A stretch of 62,189 nucleotides of DNA, counting the filler, from Sphacelaria rigidula (Eukaryota): assembly GCA_964200075.2 (NCBI GenBank). It is 10 parts of 10 records of this genome, joined end to end, with 100 filler letters (N's around TTAATTAATTAA, not from the genome) between each part and the next. Parts side by side here need not be neighbours in the genome. Positions count along the whole stretch, not along the records: positions 6,231 to 12,359 come from CAXNAA020022039.1; positions 12,460 to 18,588 come from CAXNAA020022040.1; positions 18,689 to 24,817 come from CAXNAA020022041.1; positions 24,918 to 31,046 come from CAXNAA020022042.1; 6 more parts are not named here. One strand, 5' to 3'. A program made the position numbers and the translations under genes. Shown piece after piece: positions 12,229 to 25,002 of this stretch. Within the stretch, counting starts at the first letter, position 1; each line of letters starts with the position of its first letter. Under the pieces are notes generated by a model, which was not told the origin of the DNA, made no database searches, and was given only the letters and a program-made list of their open reading frames with translations.

Positions 12229-14169
12229 ACTCATGAAAAAAAAAAAACTTTTTGTCCCGACGTCATTTTTTTTTCATGCCCCATTCATTGTCCGTACCAA
12301 ATTTTTTTCTCCGACCTTAAATCTTTGGCAGAGCGTTGGCCGGCAAACTATAAATGTCANNNNNNNNNNNNNNNNNNNNNNNNNNNNNNNNNNNNNNNNN
12401 NNNTTAATTAATTAANNNNNNNNNNNNNNNNNNNNNNNNNNNNNNNNNNNNNNNNNNNNGCTCCGTCTCGAAAGGGATGCGTGGCCCATGGTCAAACGAC
12501 TAAGGCAAGCAAAAAATGAGTACGCCCTCCCAAACCAGCCTCAGAACTGCCACCGAGAAAATGGCCATAGGGCGCATGATAGCCGTTTTCAGACTGTATG
12601 AAGCACCTCATATGGGCGACATTGGTAAAAAAATCCTCACGCGTGGGAGCCTCGAGCTGCTCGGTGTGGTCGACTTTTGCCATTTAGATTTACGCGTAGA
12701 TTTTGCCTCCTCGAAAGCTAGCAATATTCTGGGGGGGGCTATCGCGCGGCGTCAGCCCACCGTTGTATTTCTTAGCACCAACCAGCACAAGCAAATGTTG
12801 GCGCAACGCATCGCCACGGCATCTGTTGAGCGCACCTTGAGGAAGACGCACTTTTTCGCTGCTCCGTCTCGAGGGTGCTCGCTGTTGCTATTGTTGTTGC
12901 TGTTATCAGTGTTGTGGTACACGGTAGACCCTTGCGCTAGCCGTGTCGGCATTGGAGTGGCGGTCTTGCTTTCCTCAGGTTTCTCCGGCACTGACATGTG
13001 CTGTCGACGATTGGAAGAAGTGGAGGAGCATAATCCATGGGCATATATATATATATATGAATACTATGGTGCAAAGGAAAACGGATGTGGTCAGGAAAAG
13101 GTACGGTTTGGTGTATTTTGCCACGCCAGGGTACAGAGGTCGGCGAGGTTTTACACGTGCGCGAAGTCCAGGTGTACCTTTCTATGGCCACAGACGGATA
13201 CAAACATGCACTGGAACAGTGTTGAAAAACAAAAGTATGGGAACTATAGCGTACGAGCGGCGGACAGCCCGAAGACGGGAAAAAAATCGCACCACCAATG
13301 CCTCTCGCGATGGACAAGTCGACCCGTCAAGCCCTCTCTTCATGTTGATATGATGGGGGGGAGGAAACGGCGATGACAGGAAGAACAAGATCGCCAACAA
13401 ATGGCGATGAGTTCATTAATTGGCGTGCGCGTTTCCGGCTGCTCCACGATAAATAATAAGTGGAAGAAGGAATACAGTTCAAGACGGGGATAGCCCTGTG
13501 TGTAGTAAACACGTGTTTACCTCCCATCTCACTTTGAAGGAGAAGAAGTATCAAGAGAATTTGTAGCCGCTTTCCTCAAGAGATCTGAATGGGTGTTTCG
13601 GTGTAATTTTCACCTCGGTTAAATCTGTCCTGTGGCCACTGCTGAGCTTGTAGCAGCTCAGTGAATATCCACAATCCATCCATCGATCTATCAAAGCAAG
13701 TCTGCATTTAGCCATGTTGACACCTTTCGTCAACCGTTCTTCGCTATAATGCGCTTTAAAGGTACCCCTCCCAAGCCTCTCGAGATCGACAGTACTCCCA
13801 ATCCTTGTAGTTCTCACGCTCAATGGCTCCCCAAGCACCCTTTCTTCCCTCGCTAGATCGCCCCGGTGCCCGCTCGGGTTCCCCAGCGCCTTGAGGATAT
13901 CCTTCAAGTTACCATCATTACTGCCGCCACCGCTATTGTCATCCTGGAGGAGCATGGAGGCAGTAGGGTCATGTTTCAGCGTTGTACATGAAAAGAAACA
14001 ACAGGAGGAACTCCGCCATGAGTATTCGTCTAACACCTGGATTTCATAGAGCGGGAAATTGAGAGGAAGGTGGAAAGCTCCAGCATATCTTGGGGATGGC
14101 TACTGTAGGGTTGAAAACAGAAGAGAATGTATTCAAGCTTTCGGCTGTGGATTTTTCGGGTGATTTTCT

Positions 14170-14649
14170 TGGCGTGGACCAATTTGTACGGCGACAAATC
14201 CGTATTTGTACGTACAAATATGAGGATTTCAGCCCGTGTAATCCGGTTTTCTCCCTTGGATTGATTTTTTGGACCCCAGTCCGTTGTGCAATATTTTTCG
14301 CCCATAAAAGCTCTGAGGAAACCAGATCAATTATCCGATTCTCTGGACGCTGATTTTTTATTCATCAACTTTTTGCTCAGATCGGGAGACTCCCGCATCT
14401 CCCCCGAATCTGGGGCCCAAGTCGGGGGAAATGCGGGGGTCCTCCGATCTGAGTAGAAAGGTGATGAATCAAAAGTCAGCGCCCAGAGAATCGGAGACTT
14501 GATCTGGTTTCCTCAGAGCCAGGCGAAAAACATTGCCCAGCGGACTGGGGTCCGAAAAATCGATCCACGGGAGAATATCGGAAACGGGCTGAAATCCTCA
14601 CATTTGTACAAACACGGATTGGCTGCCATACAAAATGGTCTAATGGCCG
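14170..14649. repeat. Foldback palindrome of about 480 bp
   Basis: Arms 14170-14410 and 14420-14649 are reverse complements (e.g. ctctgaggaaaccagatcaa / ttgatctggtttcctcagag). Centre is ggggccc. Confidence 0.92.
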
Positions 14650-14899
14650 AACCGTCATTCACCTGGCGGGCAGTTCATCGTGGCATGTGGGGAGGGTAAC
14701 ACCCCCAAACATTAGACGCTGCGGACGTTCGATGTGGTCGGTCAATGTTGTCCATAACGAGCTGTTGACTGACATACCTATGGCAGTCAAGCTTCCCGAC
14801 TGCTGTATATCCTTTTGGCTGTTGACACTCATATGGACGAATTCCACCGCAGTCCTACAGTAGTAGAAAGCTGCACCCGAATACGAAGTAACACGAAGG

Positions 14900-15760
14900 C
14901 ACGGAGGGGTGTTATCCCTCGTCACTGATTTCACTACAATAGTACAACGCACATCCTCCGCGAAGCGAAAGCCAAGGAGAGAAGTAACCTCAACAAATAT
15001 CCAACACCAAGACTACTACCTGAACGGACGATATCATTGGCAAAGTCGCAAGTGGACAGCACCATACAAGTAGCCCCTCACTAGTTGCGTTTGGACGTTC
15101 TGTATTTCAGCGGCATACTGCACCTTGAACCCGTGTGTGCTGTCTTGCATTTTGTTCGATCCGGCGTCACCCGCCTCCGACTTTTGCAAACTGGACATGT
15201 CAAAGGCCCGGCCGCAATCGATGACGCTTGTTGACTACCTGAGAGAAGCTCGTCAAGATCCAGTGCAGGCACTGGATCTTGCTACAAGCGCATCAGATAA
15301 CCGTTGGTCTTTTCCACCACGCCCTTTCAAACGATCTTCTTGCACAAGTTTTAACGTCGAAACAAGAGGGAAAACACCTCTGCGTGGTTATCATCCGTAC
15401 ATATTACGACACTTCAAGCACAATTCAGATACCTTGCCGTCAGTGCTTGACCATACCGCAGCTTGATCATGGGATCCGATGTATCGGCAGCCGCGATCCT
15501 CTACCGTTTGAATTCTCGTACCCGCTGGTCATATACAGATACAAGAACCCAGGAAAGCCGTGCGTGGTATCAGTTCAAGTAATACAGCATTCAGCGTGAC
15601 GCCAATTTATAAGAGGAAGTATAGCCACCAAGGAGACGTTTCATGAGTGGTGCGATTCTCTTGTACGAGTATCGACTCGAAATCCCAATGATTCGAAGCG
15701 ATCGGCCACCACACGACGGGAATGTACGCTTGGAAAGTAAATACAGATGAACGAGCCTAC
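14900..15760 (+). pseudogene. Penelope-like retroelement relic (possibly Naiad/Chlamys type with N-terminal endonuclease)
   Basis: DFTTIVQ..RRE..YLN (like the GIY-YIG C-terminus), then GYHPYIL, FSYPLVIYRYKNP and RPPHDGNV..ESKYR (like the pre-RT linker). RT not present. Confidence 0.4.
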
Positions 15761-15977
15761 AATAATATTTCATGGCGGCGTTCACCGCTCACCGAGATTT
15801 GGGTCAAGTGTTTAATCGGCGCGGCGCCCCCGTGGACATGGGATTCTTCCGCCTTGAGGATCTTGGTTGAGCGATGTCACACACTACAAGCTGGCTCACG
15901 TTTTCGACCCGAAATTCGCTATGGCTGTCTGTATGGGCCCTGGGTTCTTTTGTTTGCAATTTTTCACCACTGCAGTC

Positions 15978-16341
15978 GGTCGCCCCGGTGGCTCAGTTGG
16001 TAACCTCGAAACCTTCTAACGGTTGGGTCGTGGGTTCAAATCTCGGAGCGATCTGGGATTTTTCGTCGCACAATGCCCAACAGTGGAGAGCGAGTATGTC
16101 GTGGGTACACAAAGTTCGACTTCATAGCGGACGAGGGAAAGGGATTGCAGAACCCCTCTCGCGATGAAAAATAAAGGCAAGCACCGCAGAAGGAAGGTGG
16201 AGAACTAAAACAAACAAAAAAAGAAAAAAAAACTACTGTGCTGACCTTTTCCCTGTGTGACCCCGGCTGGTGCGCCCACGCACATATATATACCGAAAGG
16301 TGTAGACTGGCGTTAGAATAGATGGGACGACAACAGGACAC
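15978..16341 (+). mobile_element. Full-length tRNA-derived SINE family 1
   Basis: Pol III A box TGGCTCAGTTGG and B box GGTTCAAATC; cttctaa anticodon-like loop (tRNA-Arg-like); conserved body and CA-rich tail. Confidence 0.9.
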
Positions 16342-16418
16342 GTATTTTTGTAGAAATATCCATGCGTAGTGTCCTGATTATTATTTTTCTCCCCTGTGTG
16401 TTTGATCGACAATTTCAG

Positions 16419-16544
16419 AACGCCTTTCGTGTTTTCACCGGGGAGAAGACCCCGGGAGCCCCAGGGCATGAAGGTATTGGCATCCTTGTGTCGGAGGAAT
16501 CGCGCGAGACAAATGCCGCCTACACTCTAAAGAATCCTGATGAG
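16419..16544 (+). CDS. Internal exon of trehalose-6-phosphate phosphatase (HAD-IIB, C-terminal part)
   Basis: tttcag|...gag|gtgaga, 126 bp, phase 0. NAFRVF...GIGILVSEESRETNAAYTLKNPDE matches the TPP C-terminal motif (DAF..GxGILVS..ETxAxYxLxxPxEV). Confidence 0.85.
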
Positions 16545-19500
16545 GTGAGAATCTGACTCCTGTCGTTGAAGAACGTGAGGTCGGGAGAGCCATGCTACGG
16601 TAGGGGTTGCAAATTTGGGCCTATATCTTTCTCCTTCAGGAGTTGCTGAGGTTAGGAGCCACACAAGAATCCTCTAGTACCGAACATTTGATATAATATA
16701 TAATAATAAATAATTGTTCGAGGATGGGATGAGAAGGGAATGTTGGGTTTGGAAAGTGATTTTGAATTTTTGGACAAGGGGAAGATAATATATATATGGG
16801 TCAGAACATTTCCCTCTTTTTCAAACCCCCTCGGGATATATATCTCTAGCCGATTGGAGTGCTAATCGTGGCGTGTCCTCACATGGTTCACACTCTTTTT
16901 TTTTTTGATGAGACAGGAATACTAACAATTCAAACCTCTCGAAAGATTTTCGTGTGCCCCTACCCTAGCACCACTCGTGAGTATTGTAGTAAAGAACACG
17001 TGGCGAGAGGCGACGTGGGTGCGATCGTACTGATCCTGATCCGACCCGCGATACGGTAGTAAAATGTCAGGCATGTGCACCGGGGAAGAGATGGTTGGGC
17101 CTATTACTTCCATTGAGCCTACGAACGCGTCCCGAGGAAGGGTAGGGGTTGCAAGGATGACGAGGCGTTTTTTTTTCTTCCAAGCGTGTACTACGACCTC
17201 GGCCACCTTAAAAGCGGCTGAAAGTTGCTCACACCACAGCTATCCCAGTTTCCCGAACGAACCCGATGTAAGCTTATCACTGTGAAGTGTAGACCAACCT
17301 GGTAACACACAGCACCGCCGCTGATTGAATACTACATAATGTATGACCTTTACGACGGGCGAAAAAAAAAGAGGAGAATATGTCGGGATTGAACTCATGA
17401 CCTCCATAATTGGAGTCTCCCATCACTTGGTTCATAGGGGTGAAGCAGCGTCACGGAAAACGTTAAACGCACGGCCCAATTCGACGACTCTTGAGCTGAA
17501 ATTTCAGGTAGACCTTTTGCACCCAAGGAACTGATGCTTCACATGAGCAGCTGCAGACTCTCCTTTATCTTGTTTTTGCTGAAATTTCAAATGCCCATAA
17601 CTTCTTTTTTTTTCTTCCCTTTTTTTTTTTCTTTGCTACTCAGGTGATCTTCTGCATTTCGATCATAAAAAGGTGCTCTCAAAATTTCAGCGTCCAATTC
17701 CTAACATCGCGCCGCGCGTCGCCTAAGCGAGGTTCACACCTACTCTTGGCTGGCCCAGCTCGTATGTACATCGATGGGGTAGAGCGCTTGAGATGTTGCT
17801 TATCTGGGGGACAAGAGGTGTCCCGGCTGTACTCGTGTTTGTATACATGTAGAGAGACACACGACATGCAGTCATGTAATACCTCGTGGTGTAGATCGAT
17901 CCGGTAGGAGGTGCATCCAAGCATGTATCGTTACATTCGTGAGATACGCCGTGTTGGTGTTGTTGTGAAACGTTGGGGCGGGGTTGGAGCCAACTCGAGA
18001 AGCTTACCACTGTTGTCGTTTGACTCTCCCCCATGGAGCAGTAAGTACTACGAGTATTTGCATCACACGATGTTTTTTTTCTGTCTCCCCCTTGAAGGAA
18101 GGGAGGAAACCTGACCCCAGCACTCACCTCGCGAGCGGGTTTATGTGCCAATTACCGGGAGGCTCGGCTAGACCCCCCTCACTGCAGTCATGCGGTGTGG
18201 ACGCCTCGAGCGTTCGCAAGCTTTGCTCAAGGCAGTGCAATGGTCCGACCCATTAACCCCCCCCGTCAACTTGGCGCAGTAAACGCGCCGCCCTACTCTC
18301 ATGAGCTTTGGCCCCAGGATATATGTCCTTCGCGGCACTCCCGGAGTAGCTGGGCCACTGTCGAATGTATACATATCGAAGGGCGCACCCGATTTACCCC
18401 TACACCTTGTGGTCAGTCGTGCTACCGTAGCGGTGCACTGTTTCACGGTTAGGACAAATCATCACGACTCGAAATCACCAAATCCACGATTTCTCCGGCC
18501 TGATTGCCCAAAAGGGAGATAAAAGTTGATTGCTGGTCCAAGGGGTATCCACGCAACTTTTGCACCGCTCCACGTGTCCGGGCTGCGTNNNNNNNNNNNN
18601 NNNNNNNNNNNNNNNNNNNNNNNNNNNNNNNNTTAATTAATTAANNNNNNNNNNNNNNNNNNNNNNNNNNNNNNNNNNNNNNNNNNNNGGACCAGCGGTC
18701 AACTTTTTTCTCCCTTTTGGGCAATCAGGCCAGAAAAATCGTGGATTTGGTTATTCTTCGTCGTGATGATTGGTCCTAACCGTCAAAACCTTCAGTGCAC
18801 GGAAGACAGAGGAAAGTAATTACGTGAAACAGAGCTCAAAACAGAAATTTCAACGGACAAGGCAACATCAACACATACAAAGGCGGACGGGTGAAGAAGC
18901 GGACGGGTGAATACCAGCAACCAAACGTTTCGGGGTGCTGTGCTTGGCCACGCTTTCAACACCTCGCGCCCTTGTGCTCGTAAGCAATTGCTTGACTACA
19001 TCGTGCTCTGCAAGAAAACGGAGGGAAACGTACAGGCCACGACATGTCGGGAAGGGGGTTACAGCAGCGACTAATCATGAGGGGTTACTGATCCTACAGA
19101 TGAAGAACAACAGCCACAAGAGTCGTCATCAGAATGACAGCGGACTCGCCTATAATCGCAGGTTATCCTACAACCATGCAGTTCACCGGTGTCTACTATT
19201 TAACGCTACTCGCACTTCTAGAGTGGGATTCATGATCTAGCGTGCACGAACAGGGCGGAGGCCGGCAGAGACAACAATAGAGGGATGCCTCTGTGTGAAG
19301 ATACGGAAAGCGCAATTTTCTCGCACTTGTGCTGACAAGTCAATTTTCCGCTGGCGTATACGCTCGGGCGGAGAACAGCGGCTTACGACAACGAGGAGAA
19401 GACATCGCAGTGAAGACGAAACACTGGGATAGCGCGCGAATACGGAACACACCGACACACTTGTTACATTTTTTTTGGTCATTTTCCAGTCGACTAGGTT

Positions 19501-20003
19501 TCATGTGTCATACTGTGTCATGCTTGGTACCTGATGGGTCATACTACATTGTGTGGCCGGATTGAGCAGCCTGCCCCCCCGTGTTACAGCGTTTTGGACT
19601 ATGCATCTCAACTAGCAAAGCACAAGTTAGCCTGTACGCCAATAATACAAGAACACCTAGGCCATCACAGACTGCGATCTCAGAGGATTCTCTAGTCTTC
19701 AGCCCGACGCTGCGAACATGACTGGCTCTGCACTCGGTAACGTCGAGCTCAATGGATTCGATATTCATGATTGTGTTTGAGCCCGCTAGCCCCGGTGCCC
19801 ACTGAACTGGCACCATTCCCAGCTAGGCGGTGAGTATCGAACCATGACACACTAGCAACGCGCTCGACAACCACAAACATGATGGTCGTAGCGCACGCCC
19901 ACGCCCTTGGTGTGAAAACCATAAAGGTTACACGCCTTGGTGTGACAATCAAGCCATAATCGTCACGCACTCTGGAGTACAACAAAGTGAAACACATGCA
20001 CAC

Positions 20004-22086
20004 CTGCTCTTCTCGTTTGGAAACCAGCTTATCCGCGCTCGCTGCGCTACTCCGGAAGATCTCTCCGCACGAAAACCGCCCACCGCTGCCAGCGCCCCCT
20101 GCACTATCATTCCTGACACCCCTCACCATCCCCCCATCGCCAATCTGGACCCCGCTTGGACCTATTCCAAACCCCACACCTTGCAAACCATTGCTATTAG
20201 TGTGGGCTTCGGTGGCAACGGTGAACGGGGTCACCAGAAAGTTCTGGGAATTATCGCTGGTAGGAGCACCACGATCTTCACGATGAGAAAGGGATTTTGA
20301 TGCCGGTAGGGATGGCTCATCTTTTGAGACAACGGACCCATCAGCAGCCGATTTAACGCCGCCTCCTGGAGTGAACCCGTGCAGGTGTTGCTGCTGCTGA
20401 TGTAGTGGGGGTCGGTCGTACTGGGTTGCACCATTCGTACTCGTAAAAGGAGTTTGCTCTGACCGTGTTGTGAAGAACGGCGTAGAGCTTGTCGTGGATT
20501 TCGCGATGTCATCAGTGGAGCGATGCCAGGGAGGCGCCCCTGCGTTCGTGTCCAGAGCGTTGTCACCGACGAACTTTGGCCGTATCTCGCTTTCCCGCGG
20601 AAGTCGGGCGGCGGTGATGCGAGGTGCTGACGCTCCGGTTGGTCCCGACTTGGAGTCTGAAGGCACAAAATCCTCCGTGCCTTTGGCGGTCACCGTCGAG
20701 TAACGCCCGCGGGTACCCGAAAGATCAAACGCTGCGCTTCCTCCGTCCCTACCAACGCCCAACTCTCTGTTCCAGGTTTCGTAAAGATTCCCACCCACAG
20801 CAACCTCAAGCCCCTCGTTGGGTCGCATACGCACGGCATCGTCATGTCGGGATACCCCGGAGGTGGGAGGCGGCGGCTGCAGCTGCAGCGACGGTGTCTG
20901 CGTGATCCCTCTCTGCTCCCAGGGATCCATGACAGATGGTCCCTGTCCATCCGATGAACGTCGTCCGTCTGAAACGCTCCCTCGGGCGTTTGCTGTGCTT
21001 TCGCGGCTGCCGCGGGATGCTACTGGAGAAGTATCCCAAGATCCGACCGGTATCGGAGAAGATCCGACGGGTATGAGCCCGAACGATGCGGCTGGCAAAA
21101 CGGGCGGTTTGTATTCAAGGTGCTGGGACGAGAAGTCCTTGCCATCACCATCACCATCATCACGATTACGACTGTCTCTATCGCCGCCACCACCACTACG
21201 GGGGGATCCTGACTGCTCCACACTGCCGTCGTGTACATCTCCTGATTCATTATCAATTCCAAACTTTTCCTCCGACATACCCAATGCAGTGTCGACATTG
21301 CCGACAGGAGTGATCTGTTCGTCAACGTGCTTGTTTGCAAAGAGAGTCCTCCGAAGTGAGGTCGCAGTAGCCGACGGCAGCTGCGGCTCCTGCTGCTTGG
21401 ATGCCGCCGCCGACAGCTCGGCGGTACCGTTATCTGAAAAAAGATCTGAAGAATCAATCCCTGCGCCACGAACTCCGTCGTCACCACTGCCGCTGAAACC
21501 GCAGTTTGCGTGTTGCCGCCGCCGCTCATGGTGCTGGGGGTGCTGGTGCTCCGCTCTCAGTGTAGCCTCGGCATCACGAGGCGTACAACTGCGGGGTTTC
21601 AACCCTTCTCGTGTTCTGTCACCATCTGCAGTGGGAGAGTCAACGGGCTCCAACGCTCTTACCGAATTGCCTCGATCTGATTCACTTCGAGTACTATCGC
21701 GATCAGAGCCAGATGAACCACGGGGTGATGATACTCTCCGCGTTGTGCCACGGCCAGCAAGAGGAGACCCGTGATATTCCATTTCTCTCGGTGGCAGTGA
21801 CGAGGGCGTATTCACAGCGGCTGCAATCACCGCCGCACCCCGTCCCGCGGGCGACGGGGTATCTTGTCCCGCAGGCGATCGAGTGTCTTCCTGTCTTCCC
21901 CAGTAACCTGATGGCAAGTGGCCATTGTGGTCGCTATTGGAGAACGAACGTGGCTCGGTATTGTTCTCGAATACGTGTTGCTGTTGCCGGGGTGGCGGAT
22001 GTCGACGAGTTCGTGCGCTTGGTCGCGGTGACGACAGCGGCGAGTAAAAAGTGACATCGCCCCCGCCGAGGTGTAAATGGTCATCT
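20004..22086 (-). CDS. Long intrinsically disordered exon of an uncharacterised gene
   Basis: Lies within the 795-aa open frame; S/G/P/R/D-rich. Acceptor ttttgcccag| and donor cag|gtgtgc. In frame with the exon at 22385-22466. Confidence 0.8.
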
Positions 22087-22384
22087 CTGGGCAAAATAAA
22101 GCGCGCGGGGGTTGTGGACGGGTGGATTGTGTACACACAGGGTGCAGTGGAAGAGTTACAGGGGAAGTGTTGCTGGGGGCGTTACATGCTGTAATCGTGC
22201 CTAGCAAATACGCACATGAAAAACGGTTGATCTTGCAGCAACATGACGAGCCGTTGCTGCGCGCTGAGCTCCCCTGCCTGTGGTGTCGAGTATTTTTTTT
22301 CAGAAAGACAAATTATGAGCGGCACACGCGATCGTCGGGCCCGCACACATGATACGATACTGCGAAAACGAAAGTAACACGCAC

Positions 22385-22466
22385 CTGGACTCGTACATCG
22401 TAGCCCGCTTCAACTGCTCCAGCTCTCGCTTTTGCTCCTCTATCAGCGCCCGGTAGTCCAACGATC
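22385..22466 (-). CDS. Short coiled-coil exon of the same gene (SLDYRALIEEQKRELEQLKRATMYES)
   Basis: cag|...ag|gtgcgt. The phase-2 end joins 22086 in frame; heptad pattern present. Confidence 0.65.
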
Positions 22467-24012
22467 CTGCCGTGGTTTTCAAACAGAACGATGGCCATCA
22501 CAACATTTGATGTTCGTTGCACGCGAGCGGCAGGGAAAGAGACAAGAATGATCCCAAGCGTCGTTTGCATATTACATGGCTTCTTCAACGAAGCGACCCC
22601 CCATGCGGATAATGACCATCAAACCAGTATGCCCCTCTTGAACGGATACACCCGTTCGGTGGTGGTATGCGGGATGCGGTTCCAGCTTGTGGATGTTATT
22701 GGAGCATTTGCTGTCTCGCAGAACGCGGAACGCAGTGAACACCAACAAAAGTCGATGCTCCGACCGCGTGGCATTTTCTGTAGGTGTGCAGCGAGGCATC
22801 TTCTGCGCCGTCATAGACAGCTGACTCCGAACGAGTGAAAAGTACAGTTCCGTACATTCTGAATCGTATGCTATGCCTTCTATAACGAGCAATCCATGAT
22901 CTTAGGCATCCAAATCAACGTGAATATTCATAAACTCCACCCTACAGTCAAGAAAACGGTCGATGGACCCACAAGAGGGTGAGTCTCAAGCCTGCATTAT
23001 ATCCACATCTTACTTGCCTATAGACCGGATATATCCCGATGCAGCCACACGTCCTCGACAACAAGCATATGCGTTACCGACACTGTGGAGTGATCATGTA
23101 CTACAGGGTACGATAGCCGCGAGAGTTTACGGGGTTTTGAGAAACGCCATCAGGTTTGGTGCACGCTGGCTATGGGTAGCAGGCAATCTATGATCAAGCA
23201 GCTCCATGTTTCACTAGGGACCTTGGCTGCTTGCACTTCACCAAGGTTTCCTGGAAGCGTTCAAACGTTTTGCGGTGAGATCAAAAGGTCGTCAACAAAA
23301 ATTAAGGGAACGAAAATTCCCCAAATTCTACGGGGAAGAGACGTGAAGTGCCACTAGACCGACGGGCTTGCGCGCGAGGGTATGGGCTCGCGTCGACTGT
23401 ACGTAAATGTAGGAAGTTATGCCAAGAGACCGTCAATGTATGTACAACAAAACTGCAGTAGGGTTTGTAGAGTTATGTTCTGGTCTATGGGATGACGGGG
23501 TGGTACAGTACTTTTTAAATACACTAGCAGCTGTTTGTGGCAGAGTGTGTGGCGCAGCTCATGTCTACCCGACCCCGCAGACTGACCTACAGTTGCTGCG
23601 GCCTTGCAACAGCACAGAGGCAACCCAACAGGCCAAGGTATGGTAGAGCACCACGCTGACGGAGTCATCGGCACTGCCTACATACCGGTTGTAGCAGCTT
23701 TCAAACGTATATGCACACCCGGCGCCACTTTCCCACCGCAACAGTCATGACGCCAAGAACGCAAACAGAAGAGGCCAGCCGCAGCTGAAAAAACAGGAGG
23801 ACGCTTGTATAACCCGTGATATACAAACGTCGAAGTTTCCTGGATGCCTCGAGGCAGGCTTCAAAGCAAAAAGTATTATAAACATGGCTACGGTGGGGTA
23901 CGTACCCTGGGGCACCCTGAATTTTGATGGTATAAAGAGTATCCAGCACCCCGGGGTGCTCACGGGTATCGCCACCGAAAAAATCGCAATATTCCAGGGC
24001 ATACAAAAAGCC

Positions 24013-24384
24013 GGTCGCCCCGGTGGCTCAGTTGGCAACCTCGTAACCCTCTGACGGTTGAGTTGTGGGGTTCGATTCCCGGAGCGAGCTGGGATTTTTT
24101 CTTACACCATGCCCAACAGTGGAGAGCGGCCATGTCGTGGGTACACAAAATTCTACTTAACGGTCGACGAGGGAACGGGACGGCTCATCCCCTCTCGCGA
24201 TAAAAAATAAAAAGGCCAAGCACCGAAGAAGGAAGGTGGGGTACTAAAAACAAATTTAAAAAGAAAAGAAAAAAGCTCATGTGTTGACCTTCCTCCTGTG
24301 TTACCCCGGCTGATGCGCCCACATATCCCGAAAGGGGTAGACTGGCGCCCACAAGAAATGGGACGACAACACACAACACACACA
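24013..24384 (+). mobile_element. Full-length tRNA-derived SINE family 1 with TSD
   Basis: A box TGGCTCAGTTGG, B box GGTTCGATTCC; catacaaa repeated on both flanks. Confidence 0.92.
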
Positions 24385-24696
24385 TACAAAGGACGGCCTA
24401 TCGAAAATACTCAGTATTCCAGGACACTCATGGTATCGACAGCCAAAAATAATAACAGTTTTCGAGAGCCCGGGTAGTAACTGTCGAAAGAACGCAAGTA
24501 CTATTGGGTACCTCAGCTACCCCCCCCTCCCGAACTACCCGGGTGGTACCCGGAGTACTGAGCACTGGTGCTGAATACTTCATATACCCAGGGTACCGAT
24601 TGTTGTAGATACTTGGGGGTTTCAGGGTACCTCGGGACTCCTCCCCTTGAAATACCCGGTGACTGATGCCGCGATAGCCCCCCTCCCCCCCGAGAT

Positions 24697-24810
24697 CACC
24701 CATGAGGCAGTGCATAAACCGTGGCTCTCTCTGGACGTGGCGATACCAGAAAATGAAGCAACTCATTGTCGGCTGTCATCCAAATGCAAGATAATCAGTA
24801 GGCATAAGGC
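24697..24810. repeat. Abundant interspersed repeat end cacccatgaggcagtg... (also 43244-43350 on + and 49834-49898 on -)
   Basis: Three near-identical copies, each at or near a contig end. Confidence 0.88.
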
Positions 24811-25002
24811 CAAAAAANNNNNNNNNNNNNNNNNNNNNNNNNNNNNNNNNNNNNNNNNNNNTTAATTAATTAANNNNNNNNNNNNNNNNNNNNNNNNNNN
24901 NNNNNNNNNNNNNNNNNTTTTGAGTTGAACCTCATTTTTTTTCAACCCCATTTTCGAAAATCGGCTTTTAAATGGTGTTGGTGATTACTTGAACAGCTGC
25001 TG

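Noticed and set aside
12516..13376. 286-aa ORF
   Set aside because: Runs through a MITE body, an (AT)n tract and unrelated sequence, with no domain or codon signal.
15978..16052. tRNA-Arg gene
   Set aside because: The cloverleaf is imperfect and continues into a shared repeat body; it is a SINE head. The same applies at 24013, 28586, 40250 and 62119.
16537..16560. CTGATGAG as a hammerhead ribozyme core
   Set aside because: No stem II or GAAA follows; it is the coding end (PDE) and donor site of the TPP exon.
18430..18800. Apparent large inverted repeat spanning the spacer
   Set aside because: The arms lie on different, size-sorted contigs that both end in the same abundant repeat; adjacency is not evidence of a hairpin.
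20818..21774. 318-aa plus-strand ORF
   Set aside because: Antisense shadow of the long minus-strand exon.
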